From Azolla caroliniana (lineage: Eukaryota; Plantae; Polypodiophyta), in NCBI GenBank assembly GCA_043228905.1, contig JBHGNT010000004.1:18476001-18540000 (forward strand): a stretch of DNA of 64,000 bases, written 5' to 3'. This document shows, in pieces, positions 11,619 to 23,375 of the stretch. The stretch's first letter is position 1. Each line of letters begins with the position of its first letter. The position numbers and the translations under genes were made by a program. The notes below the pieces were generated by a model. The model worked only from the letters and a program-made list of their open reading frames with translations. It was not told the DNA's origin and did no database searches.

Positions 11619-13707
11619 CGTGAGACCGGAGAGATGGAAGGCGACAATGAGGAGTCCTGGCACGATGCCAACGAAGATGGATTGGAGATGGCCTGCGAGG
11701 AGGCTAAGGATGGAGCCACGGCAGAGCAAAATATCAAGAGGCGGCGCCAAAAGGGGTGGAGTCGGAAGTCGGCCCGACCGGGAGTCGATCCGGTTGGCAT
11801 TCCGATTCGGATGGAGCACAATCCGGGCATAGATTGTTTGTCCAAAACAGGCCTGAAGAGCGAGTGCAGAAACGAAAACCGGTCCCATGGATCACCTCAC
11901 ACCGGGCTAGAGACTTCAGCGGTCGGCATCGAGAGCCGACGTAAGACCAAGATAGTGACGGTGGCAGCAGGAGAACGAGACCCGAAAATCTAGAGACTTA
12001 CGGATGGGCCCAGGCGAGAACCGGGGGAGCAGACTTCTGGATAACCGAACCAGAAGGAAGGAGGAGGTAGACCTACGGAGAGGCCGAGAGCACGGTACGG
12101 CGGTACCACGGGATAGAGTGTGGAGCATGTGTCCCTCTCGACTTGTGGAGGACGACCTGGGACAAGGTCGGGAGAGACGAGAGGCCCGAGAAGGATCCTC
12201 CACACCGGGCTAGAGACTTCAGCGATCAGCAGGGAGAGCCGGCGTAAGACCAAGAGACTGACGGTGGCGGCAAGGGGATGAGGGAAACAACTACGGACAT
12301 GGTGAGTGGTGGTGTCGGGACTTTGCCCGCACCGGGCTAGAGACTTCGGCGGTCGGTAGGGAGATCCGACGTAAGACCAAGAGACTGACAATGGCAACGA
12401 GGGGGACGAGGGCATTGGTTGTGGAAGGCAAGTGGGGTCCTACGAGCGGACAAAGGTATAAAGCCGGCTATAGGGCCACGAACATGATACGGACCCAATC
12501 GACAAGGTCAGAAGGGTGAAGATCGGACGCCCTTGGTTCACAAGACGAGAGCTTAACAGATCGGAACCTAAGGAGGAGCCTCCATGGCGGACAAGAGACT
12601 TCGGCGGTTGGCAACAAGAGCCGACGTAAGACCAAGAGATTGACGGTGGCGGCGAGGGGATGAAGGCGGCAACATTGGAGGCACGGAGTAACCAAGGAGT
12701 ATGGAGGCCAGGCAGGCTGAAATGTACAAGGGTAATCCAACGCGGGTAGCAACACAGAAAGCTACCAAGCACACCCAAGCGGAGAATGGTGTCCCGAGCC
12801 GGAAAGGGCACACCCGGAAGCAGAACAAGATGTGCGTGTGGTTGCAAAGGGCCGAGGTAAAGGCGTGGATATAGGTTAGTGTTCGGCACGGGCGGTGCCG
12901 AACTAGGAAGGATCGAGATGGCACACGGAGGTGCCAGAACAGAAACTTGGTGCGGCATAGACTACTCGGGGCGGTGACCGGAAACAACATCAATTGTATA
13001 TGGGTAAAGCGGTAATGCACGATCTAGCCGGGTGAGGGCCGACAAAATGTGCACAGGGGAAGATCGGAGTTCGGCACGAGTAGTGCCGAGTGAAGGAGGA
13101 TGGTGGACTGAGCCTCTTGCAAGATGAAGTCAACGGTTACGCGTCACACAGAGGTGCCGGGATGGGAATACGGGCGGGAAGACGGATTGCTCAGGCTAGT
13201 AGCCTCAGAAAACATCGACGGCCCAAGAAGGATCCTTCACACCAATTTTGGAGAGCCCGACAATTCGGCCGACATGGCAACGTGAGACCGAGGGAGATGG
13301 ACGGTGGCGGCAAGGGAACAAGGGCAATGGTGAACAACAACACCGGACAAGCAATCAAAGCATTGCAGAGATCAACACTGGCTAAGCGGGCTACTACGGG
13401 ATGCTCCTTGGACGCGGAGGACACCGGGTATATGGGGAAGCGAGGGGCATGCATATTGTCGATCAAGGGCCATGAGACGAGCATGCGTACAAGAAGAGAT
13501 CGTGGCGAACGACCTATCGACAGGTCAAACGAGCCTATGAAGATGGGAGCGCGAGGAAGGAACCGGAGCCGACGGTTCGAACTGGCAGAGGCCAACACGG
13601 CAGCCGGGATGCAAATTACAAAAGACCGGTTGCTCACTACGGCTAGAATCTCTCACGCTTCTTTGGATTTGGCACGTACCGGTGGACGTGTGGTTTGGTG
13701 GGGCGAC

Positions 13708-14612
13708 TGTCGTGAAGATTCCCGGCCTTAGCGAGAAAACCGGGAATAGTGGGAACATCGGTGGGGTGCGGTGTGGATACCCACCCTTGTGTATATACGT
13801 GTAAACTAAAAGGGGTGCCTTTATGGCGCCGAATAGGAGTTAAGTCAGGACAGGGGATCCCTTGTAATAAGGGATATTTATTCCACATTGTTATGCCACT
13901 CCCTCCTTGTGCTATAAAAGGAAGGGAGGGTCTCTTGTTTGGAGGTTGCCCATTTTGAGTTAGGAGGGTATACCACTTAGGTCCAAGGTATGGTAGCTTT
14001 CTTCTTACTTCTTTAGGGTTTCGTCTACTTCTTCTTCTTCTTCGTCATCGTCGGGTGAGTTGAGTCTGCGTATCTGTTTATACCTTAGTCTGGCTCGAGG
14101 TCGGAGATGTATTTCATTGTCTTGTTCGAATATATATATATATATAAACTTTTGTGTGTGTTTCCTGTGCAAAGCGTTGGTGTTCGGTTCATCTCCACGG
14201 GTTTGAGTGTCAGGGTTTTGCTCTTCATAGTGTATGTGTGTTGTGTGTGTGTGTGTGTGTGTGTGTGCGTGCATGCAAGCACGGTGAACCGAACCATAGT
14301 CTGTGTATTTATTACTATGTGTATAAAAATATATACACAAATATCTACCGGGCCTTCTGTACATACGACTCACGAAAGGCCAGCGGGGGTGCGTACCGTG
14401 TATGCGCGTGCCCATCCTCTACGCATTCCGGTCGTATTTCGGGACGTGCCCGGATCGGTTGTCTCCGGGTCGCATCCGGAACCATTCCGGCCGGAGTCTC
14501 GACGGCATACATGGCTCTGGAGAACTCGACCTTCTAGAAACCCATCTCTCCCCGGTCCTATACCACGGTGGTCCCGCCCGGATCCGAGACATACGCGCGG
14601 ATTCCGGCTACA
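13708..14612 (+). repeat. 3' LTR (~905 bp) of the outer element
   Basis: Colinear with 3990-4217 plus 9686-10332. Starts TGTCGTGAAG, ends GGCTACA, contains a (GT)n microsatellite. Confidence 0.93.
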
Positions 14613-16033
14613 ACGTGCAACTAGAAAACACGGCCAGAGAAAACAAAAACTTGACTGTGTTCAGTTATTTAAGCATCCTAGCAGAGAGGGGGATATTAAA
14701 AAAGGTTGATGTCAACTTCTTACTAGTTGGTCATAGAGATAATCATATAGATTAAATGTTTAGGATGTTCTCAAAGAAATTAGTGAGATGTGATGCTCTC
14801 TCGCTTCCTACACTGTCATAGTTGATCATTGAAGCTTATACCCCAAAGACAGATGTACAACATTTGGATGAAGTTTATGAATTTAAATGCTTTTGCGTGG
14901 ATGGTGATGGCACTCTATGTAGCGTTCTTGCCCCACTTAATAATATAAGTTTTAACCACGTCTTTCTCATAAAAAGAAGTTCTATAACTCACAACCAGAC
15001 ATTGTTGTATGCCCAACGATACTCATCTAGTTCACAATGGGAGTCACAAGAGGCATGTAGGCTCTTATTGCATTTTCTAGATGCGGTAATCCACGGTGTA
15101 GAACAATGTCGTATGACGACCATAAAAGATTGGCTCCTAGTAACTCGATTTAAGAGAAAAAGATACATTGGATGTGGTGCCTTGAAGAAAAATGGAAAAA
15201 TATTGAGCGCACCAAGAAGTATGCTGATGATCAGGATGTTGAATGGTGGGGTAACTTCTTTCACCATCAACATACAATTTTAGTTAACCACTTTGTCGGT
15301 TACTAGCCACTCCAAAATCAATTCAAATGGAATATTGGTGGCCAATCAATGCTAACCACGACTAATGTTCAATCACTAGATAATCTAGACCTAAATAATC
15401 TTGTTCATCCATGATAGAGAGATATTTATGTGGGACCAAGAATATCATGTGTTTGCAGAGGCGAGATGGCAGGGCAATCTACATGAGCTACAAGTTGGTA
15501 TGTTGGTTGCAACATTAGCTGGGGGTCGTGAGTTGGACCATCCCTTTTGGATTGGTAAAATCCCCAAAATTATTAAGGATGAACAAGGCAATCAAGTTAT
15601 CTCCATTGTGGTTCATTCGTATCATACCTCTTCCCCAGAAGCATTTATTGGGAAGTACTCTTTAGAGATGGTTAAGGATGTTCGAGGCACAAGTAGAAAG
15701 AGGAAAAGCAAAAATCTACCTAGCACGTCTACTGTGACGCTTGATAATGTAGAGATACTAGTGTATGACTTCTTCTTGACCAAAACAGACCATCTAAGAT
15801 AGACCACAATCAAGATAATAAAAGAGAAGATCCCAAATGTGCCTCCCAATGCAACATAGAGACGAACAAGGAGTATGTCTCCTAATCACGGTGATGTTAG
15901 ATTGCAATTGGATGAAGACAATGTGTTGGTTGCCCGTGATGATGAGGATGAGACCTCACAAAGCTCTTCTAGTTCATCGGATGAGTATGAAGGGGAAGGC
16001 ATAGCTTTGGGAAGTGATAGTTCTGATACATGA
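14613..16033 (+). pseudogene. Decayed DNA transposase, catalytic and C-terminal part (Sola/DUF7869-like)
   Basis: VQLENTARENKN..VNFLLVGHRDNHID*MF matches the QLDNxxRENKN / FLxVGHTHEDIDQxF pattern. ORF 15401-15802 (HPFWIGKI..VVHSY) is followed by an acidic Ser-rich tail. Confidence 0.75.
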
Positions 16034-16329
16034 TTTGTAAATATTGTATTTAGCATGAAGATGTTCATTCTCGATTATGTATAAAAATATAGGTGGTAGG
16101 CCTTTTGTAAAATTTGTACATTCTTTTGTAACTTTCACGTGTCAATTATTTAGGCAACTTTTGGAGGACCTAAAATTTTGGACATGCTAGAAATCAATAT
16201 ATTTTGTGTCAGTTTTAAAAAAGCTTTACGCATGTGGCACCCCTTTTTGTTTTACGACCTATTTTGTGCCTTATTTAGACGAACAATTTTTAAAATGTGA
16301 CATATTACGTGTTTCTAATGACCTCGTGT

Positions 16330-17237
16330 TGTAGGCGTTTGTGTCATTAGTGAAATGTTGAAGGACACTCACATCTACACACAGTCTGATGGTGGCCACC
16401 GCTTTTCTATTTAAGAGTTTCCATTCTGACTCCAATACCCCCAAGAGTTTAGGGCTCGCACAAATCCTTGACTATTAGAAGATCTTCCATCTTGATCTTC
16501 CAATCTGAGTAGTTGTGTGAGTTTTGGACCATCATATCTCGAAAGTCACTCACAACTCTTTCCATTCTTGCACCTTCGCTCTGATACTAGTTTGATAGAA
16601 ATGGACTGTAGATTTGTCCCAGAAATAGTTCGAAATACACCGCAAAAATTGAAAAACATCGAATACACAAAAAATTACAAAGTACACACAATTTTATGTG
16701 GAAACCTTAAAACAAGAAAAGCATGGGGTAACAGATCTTCCACTATACAACAGAAGTACAAAGAGGAAAAATAGGTTACAAAAATTTGATAAGACAAAGT
16801 ATACCCACTTAGGGTTTTGGCTGCAAGTTCCTCTGAATTATGCCTCTCTCTCTCTCACATGCACGCTCACTTGCACCTCACTCTGTTACACTCTAACTTG
16901 CATCCAAATAAGTTTTGCTCTAGCTTTTCATATTTATACATAGGGGATTTTATTACTATATTATTACTATTATTATTACAATAATAACAATAGTACTTAA
17001 TCAGTCGACTAATCGACCTGACTGTACGACCCACACACCAGTCGACAATCAATTGGCCCAACTAGTCAACTCTCATGTCGACTATCCTGTCGGCCCGACT
17101 GGCAAACTTTGTCTTCACTTCATTCTCCAAACTGTATAGTCAACTCGGTTGTTGATCGAGCCAAACAACTCGATCTCATCTACCGATTCTCCCAACCAAT
17201 GTTGATTTCTCACATTAGGAGAGATAAAATCCTAACA
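16330..17237 (-). mobile_element. Truncated LTR element: single LTR (16593-17237) with an iMet-type PBS and a short internal stub
   Basis: TG at 16593 to CCTAACA at 17237. GCTCTGATACTA (reverse complement of a PBS) at 16578-16589. No partner LTR in the window. Confidence 0.6.
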
Positions 17238-17560
17238 CTTCATAGTCATGTTAAGAATCTCTTACTAAACCTCCTGTAGTCCACACTAAACCTATGGTAC
17301 AACCCCAAGTGACTCTGAGATCTCCTTCAACATCATCATCCACTAATCTTATGCCGATGGCAATTGATCGAGCACAATCCCCACCACTCGCCTAAGGCCG
17401 GACGACATTATCAAAAAACCAATGGGCTATGTCTATACTCTGACGCCTCTACCCATGGATCTAATTCGTATTTGCCTAGTAAAAAACAACCTGGGACAAG
17501 TCTATTTCAAGAATCCAACTAGTGGGGCCCAATAACTTGAAAACGATAATGTCCAACTAC
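17238..17560 (+). pseudogene. Small chromovirus-like gag C-terminal remnant
   Basis: Manual translation gives PMAIDR..RRHYQK..GLCLYS, resembling PMEID..RRRANRLCLYCG in the gag at 31530-31889. Confidence 0.45.
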
Positions 17561-18994
17561 AGTAGAAGCCATGCAGTTGGATAATAAACATTCATGTAGC
17601 TCCCATATGTGAAGTCAATTTTTGCTCGTAAGTAAAGACCGTGGCAAAATACATTCGATGTTAAGATGTATAGGAATAAAGCACGATATGAAAGATTCAA
17701 GAGTTAAAAGATGAAGGAACTTGAAGGGATATAAAGTTGGAGGCGTTTTTCAAAAGTAGAAAAAAGCAAGAAAAAAAGATTTAGAAAAAAGGTAGAAAAA
17801 GTAGGGTAGAGAAAAAAGCTCATAACTTCTTCACATCATATCCAAATTTCAAAAGAAATGATTAGTAAGAAAAGTGACAAGGAGAGATTTCTTGTATGAT
17901 AAATTTGGGATGACAAAGAAGTAATAGTGATATAAAAAAATGCCTCACACAATCTCAAGGATATGTAAAAGAAATAAAAGTAAAGAAAAAGCAAGAATAA
18001 CACAACTAAAAACCTATAAACAGGAAGGTACTCTTAGAAATTAAGGGGAGGAAGAATAAGAAGTCTAGATAAAGTGAAAGGAGCCTGCGTAGAGGAAAGA
18101 GAGAAGAAGGAAAGACTATTATCAACTAGTGTCATTGAGATTAACGTAGTTCTTTGGTGGGGTTGTTCTTTTTAGAGTCCAAGAAGATTGTGTTGTTTTT
18201 ATAATACTATATTGAAGTATTCTTTCCTCTTCCTCTTCTCTTCTTTATCATTTTTCTATCTCACCTCATCATTTTCGCGCTCCAGGGAGGTCTGACTGAT
18301 TCTTTCCGTATTAAAGGGAAGACAAATTCTGTCCGTAGTCAATATGGCTTTTCAATTCCCTTTTGCAGGTGATGGGGTCCAAGATGCGGGAGCATTCTTG
18401 GCCACCTTCGAATATCAGGCAATATGAATCGGGAAGATGCAAGATTTGGAAAACCTACCTCTATTGGTGTCCACTGTTTATGGAGGAGCAAGGGATTGGT
18501 ATGAATCCCTGTAAGCTAACCAACTGTTATTCGCTGGCCGGACAAGGCCTAACACAAGGTGTCACGGAGACACTTCACCAAAGGGTGATTACGGCATAGG
18601 ATTAAGATTCAACGATTACACCGACTTACGTAAGTTACACGATTAGAATGCTTGGTTAATTACACGCGTAAGATATAACAGTAATTACAGAACGGAAATC
18701 AACACAGAAGTATAAACACCATATGCTCTATTAATTATCCGCTCCCATTACAATGGGGTCCGGGCCTTTAAATAGGTTTCCGGCCCGTAGTACAAAACGG
18801 TGCCTCTCGCACCTATTCGGGATCCGTCCGGATCTGGAACGGCATACCGTTTCCAGTCCGTCCGTCCACACTATGCTTATTTACAACCATACTTAATTAA
18901 TTCCTTCACTCCGTATTTTGGACTCCTTGCCGGCCGGTAACACATGGCATGCCCGTGGGACAGTACCTTGTACGTCGAACCCTTCTCGGCCCCT

Positions 18995-21892
18995 TCATTG
19001 TTCACCCAAATTGTCCAAAATACTTTGTTCCAGAGTTTCCACTTGTTCTTCCGGTTGTGGTTGTTGCGGCTGTGCTTGCTGCTGCTGCTGTGGTTGCGGT
19101 TGGGACTGAGGCTGCTCCGGCTGCTCTATAGGCGGTTGCTCCGTTTGTTTCTCTGACTCCGGCATCTCCGTTTGACTGCTTCCGGTCCGGTCTCCTTCCA
19201 GTAACGGTTCCTCATCACTGAGGTTGACCGTAACCGGTTCTCGTGCTTTCTCTTCCCGGATCCGGGACCTCTCGTAGCTTTCAAAGTGGATCTGCGCCTC
19301 CAGCCTGTCGTCGTCCAGCTGAGCTACAAGTTGCCGGACTTGCCCTAGTTGGTCCTCTGCCAAGGCTTGAAAGTCTTCGGCCAGCTCATCTCTTATGCCG
19401 GTGAAGTCTTCGGAAGTCAGCATATAGCAATCATCTCCCTCCTTCCGCCGGTTCTCTACGTCGGCCCGGAGCATTTCGAGTTCCGCCGCGTTCGTGGCCC
19501 ACTTGGTCCACCACTTGACAGACCCATTGTCAATCAAGCTCTTGGTCTGGTTCAACCAGGCCCGCATTATATCCTGGATACGACTTGCTCCCATTTGCGC
19601 TCTACTTTCCACAACTTGTCGTTCCTCCTTCAACTGCTTGATGAGATTCGCCGTATCCTCCGCCTGCTCTCTGTAGCGCGTCAGCTGCCCTTGATATGTT
19701 GTCTGCAGCCTCTGCAGTACCTCCGCCGCTCTTTCTTTTTCCGCCTGCTGTTGCCTGAGGAGCTCTGTCCGAACCTTCTCCGCCTCTTCCAACCGTCTTC
19801 TGTTTTCCGCTTGTTCATTGGCGTATGCCGTTGCGGTCCGATCAACTGCTTGCCGGAGCTCATCTGTCCGTTCCTTGTGCTCCGTTTGCAACCATTTATA
19901 CTCCCGGTGCAATTGCTCAAATTCCTCCGTTTTTTGTTTGAGCTTGCCGTTGATCTGGCGATGGTTCCGGTCCTCCCGGTCCTTTAGCTGCCGGAGTTCC
20001 TCTTTCAGGCGCTCTATTTCTGTTTCGGCGTTTCTCCGGAGCCTATCCTTCTCTTGCAGCATTTTCTCCTTTTCCTCCTTGAGCCGGTCGTACGCTTGGT
20101 GGCCTTTTCGTAAGCTCTCCTCGGCCCGGCGTAGATTCTCAGCAGTCTTTTTGAGTTCCGCCTCTGCTGCCGTCTTCAATTCTCTTTCGCGGCTCCTCAG
20201 CGCTTCTTGGGCAGCTAGCTCATCCTTTAAGTCTGCAAGCTCTTGGGCTTGTGCCGCATTTCTCTCCGGAACGGTTTCCGTTGCCGGGGTCTTATTGCTA
20301 TGTACAGGTTGATCTGTCGCTATATTCTGTACATTGCCCGGAGTCACCGGTGCTTGGACTTGTGTTGTCAAAGCTAATTGAGCCATTTCCCTTGTGACCC
20401 TGTCCAAGTCTTGTTCAAGGCTCCGGATTCTGGACCGGGCCGTCTCTAGATCTACGGTTGTGACGAGCAACCGTTCGTTGTGCGCTCTCTCCTCCGCCTC
20501 TATGTACTCGACCGCTCCGGCGATCTGCTCACCTACCCACCGTAGCCACATGCTACTGGTGCCTTGCTGCTGTACTAGTCGGGTCGGCTCGTTCACTGTG
20601 GAATTGTCTGGCCTGAGTGCCTGTATCTGCCGTTCTAGTTCTACTTCTTGGCCGCCGTGTGTGCTGGCTGGGCTCGCCGGCTATTGAGTTCCGGTTCTCG
20701 CCGTCTCCGGAGCCGTTGGAATGACTTCTGGTATAGAAGTCGACAAGGCCGGTTCCACACGCACCGGTTCCGGTTCCTCCCTTGCGGTTTGCTCAGGTTG
20801 AGTTGGGGGCGTTTCTTCCTTCTGCGGGTCCGAACGCTCCCCCGCTGTCCCGGCGGTCCTACTTCTTGACCGTCATTGGAGGTGCTCTTCTGGCTCCTCC
20901 GTTTCCTCTTCCTGGGTAACGGCATGTTTCCGTGCCTTCAAGGGTTCTGGTTCCTTCTGTCCCGGTCGCCGTATGGTTATCTTAACGGGTCCCACCGGTG
21001 ACACCTCCTCCGGTACTGGGAGCCGTTTCTTCCCTTTCGTCGCCTTCGACGCCAGCAGCTGCTGTCGTTTGGACGCGGGTTTCGAGGTGCTTCCTTCCGA
21101 TAATCTTGGCCGCTTCTTTGGCTGAACGGTCTCGACCGGCGGCACGAGCAATGTTATCCACTGAGCTACGGCATGCCACAGCTTCCGGCCCTCCTTGCCG
21201 TCCTTTCCTCGTACCATGTCGATTGCCGCGCACAAACCGTCTGCAATCAACACCGGCCAGTCCACCTGGATCCCTTCATAGGTGGCTATGATCATCCCTG
21301 CCCGATTTTTTGGCATGACAGGGGGTCGGGGGTACACGTGGCCGTACTCGTGGAGCACTCGAGCTATCTTCCTGAACAGCGGATCTTCGCCGCCCTGCGT
21401 TCGATAGCCTTTGCCGGCTACAGAGTACTCACCAAAATATCGGGTGAGTTGCTCCGAGGTTGGATTATCAATCTGAAAAATACCTCCCTCCGGCAGGCCT
21501 GTTAGCGCACGGATCGCTTCCTCGGTGATGACTTCTTTGTCGAGCTCCTTGATGACCTGGTCGGCTTCTTTGTGCGGTGGTGCCTCCATGATGGTCAGGA
21601 ACCCGTCCAGTCCGTGTTGCCTGAACCATTTCCTGGCCACTTCCGACAGCGTTTGTGGTTCCATGTCTGCTTCGAGGTCGAGGAAAGATGGCGAGGTAGA
21701 GTGGTGATGAGAGTGAGAGCGAGAGAGGGAGCGAGACAGAGAGCGTTCCGAATGTGGGGTTTCTCTGAGTGCAGGTTCGCGTTTGCTAAGCTTCCACTGC
21801 CTTGGTGCTTCTGTGCTTCTTGGCTCGCGAAAAAAGAAGGTCTCCATGCGTTCTTCTTTTTCTCTGTGCGTCTTGGCGCCTTTTTCGCGCAT
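18995..21892 (-). pseudogene. Extra ORF of the Gypsy element, ~965 aa: plant-transposon/PMD-like N-terminal domain plus long coiled coil; interrupted by two nonsense codons
   Basis: ORFs 20873-21925 and 18995-20596 are in the same frame, separated only by TGA (20873-20875) and TAG (20681-20683). First ATG at 21892. Confidence 0.8.
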
Positions 21893-22005
21893 GCGCACGT
21901 CGTGTACCAAATTAGTATTAAGCAATGTGGCGGCTCTTAAATGCCCACTACGTACCTTTTCGCTCCTTGCTTTCCCATCCGTTCATACCTCGATTTTTAA
22001 TGATC

Positions 22006-22052
<47 letters not shown>

Positions 22053-22055
22053 TTT
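22006..22055. repeat. (TTTA)n microsatellite between the integrase and the extra ORF
   Basis: About 12 TTTA units read directly. Confidence 0.95.
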
Positions 22056-22073
22056 TAATGACGGTGTGTGACC

Positions 22074-23375
22074 TTACACATCCGTAGGTCCCTTCGGACC
22101 CTTACCGTTTTCCTTACGGGTTGCCGTGTCTTCCTTCGTCTCTGCTACGGGTTCCCCGTCGTCTTTTTCTTCCATCCGTACTGTTCCCGAACAGGTTCCC
22201 GGTATAGTGCCGGTGGGCTGCATAAACGGGTTATTTGGCATTGGTCCTTTATAGGGCTTTAGTCTAAATCCGTTCACCCACTTGCCTAGTACTTCACCGG
22301 CAAGTGTCCCAATCTGATAGGACCCGTTGTATTCCCGTGTCAGCCAATATGGGCCTGTCCATCTAAACCGGAGTTTACCCGGCATCTTGCCCATCCTCGT
22401 TTGGAATACTAGCACCGGCTTTCCGATTTCGAACATCTTTTCGTTACCTTTCCGGTGACGGTCCACGAACGCTTTCCGTCGTCGTTGCTCCAGTTCCATG
22501 TGTAGGATGCTGGCCAACCGTTGCTCCTCCAGTTCGCATAGTGCTGCTAGCCGCATTTCCTCCGACTTCTTTTCATTCAGCCGTTCCCGTAGTTGGATCC
22601 GTAAGCTTGGTACCTGAAATTCCACCGGCATGACCGCCTCTAAGCCGAACGCTAACCGGAACGGCGTTGTCCGGATACTTGTTTTGTATGCCGTTCGGTA
22701 CGCCCATAGCGCGCTATGGAGCTTTGTATCCCAGTCCGTCCGGTTTTCGTTGACGATTTTGCGGAGAATGTTCTGGAGCGTTTTGTTGGTGGACTCCGCT
22801 AACCCGTTCGCCTGTGGGTAGTACGGTGTGCTTCGTTTATGGACCACGGCATAGAACGTTGTTAAGCTTTCCACTACCTGGCCGAGGAAGTGCCCTCCTT
22901 GGTCGCTGATTAATTCAATCGGACATCCATATCGGCACCAAATGTTCTCGTACAGGAATTTTGCTGTGGATGACGCGGTATTGTCTCTCAAGGCCTTAGC
23001 CTCCACCCATTTAGTGCAATAATCCGTTGCCACGATGACATAACGATTACCCGTTCTCATTGCCGGTGGCTTGAACGGTCCGACAAAATCCAACCCCCAT
23101 TTCTGGAATGGCTCTAGTGGAAGTACCGGTTGGTGTGGCATCCGTGCTTGCTCCGTAGGCTGGCCCATTCGTTGGCATAGGTCACATTCCTTAGCATACT
23201 TGACGGCGTCTTTTAACGTCGTGGGCCACCATAACCCGCTCTGCCATACTTTCCTTGCCGTCGCTTCCCCGGCATAGTGTCCTCCGGCCACCCCACAGTG
23301 TGCTTCCCGTAAGATTACTTGTTTCTCGTCACTACGGACTGCCCGTCTCCATATTCCATCTGCTCCCTTGTGGTA
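22074..23375 (-). CDS. Gypsy integrase (continuation of pol after a small-indel frameshift)
   Basis: ORF 22074-23291 has GGH..CDLCQR (HHCC), WGLDFVGP, ISDQG, QANGLAE and RWTGPY. No chromodomain. Confidence 0.93.
   Translation of the reverse strand, partial: YHKGADGIWRRAVRSDEKQVILREAHCGVAGGHYAGEATARKVWQSGLWWPTTLKDAVKYAKECDLCQRMGQPTEQARMPHQPVLPLEPFQKWGLDFVGPFKPPAMRTGNRYVIVATDYCTKWVEAKALRDNTASSTAKFLYENIWCRYGCPIELISDQGGHFLGQVVESLTTFYAVVHKRSTPYYPQANGLAESTNKTLQNILRKIVNENRTDWDTKLHSALWAYRTAYKTSIRTTPFRLAFGLEAVMPVEFQVPSLRIQLRERLNEKKSEEMRLAALCELEEQRLASILHMELEQRRRKAFVDRHRKGNEKMFEIGKPVLVFQTRMGKMPGKLRFRWTGPYWLTREYNGSYQIGTLAGEVLGKWVNGFRLKPYKGPMPNNPFMQPTGTIPGTCSGTVRMEEKDDGEPVAETKEDTATRKENGKGPKGPTDV

Larger units (their letters stand above)
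3990..14612 (+). mobile_element. Non-autonomous Gypsy-like LTR retrotransposon (gag remnant only, no recognisable pol)
   Basis: 5' LTR 3990-10332 (interrupted by a Copia) and 3' LTR 13708-14612, both TG..CA. 4-bp TSD ACGT (3986-3989, 14613-14616). PBS at 10337. G-rich tract before 13708. Confidence 0.9.

Noticed and set aside
10650-13760. Long antisense and overlapping ORFs (e.g. 10706-11845 minus, 13090-13731 plus) as genes
   Set aside because: No recognisable domains; these are expected shadow ORFs in GC-rich, purine-skewed TE interior.
18995-21892. Retroviral env gene
   Set aside because: The position fits, but no signal peptide or hydrophobic transmembrane segment is visible; the protein is charged and coiled-coil.
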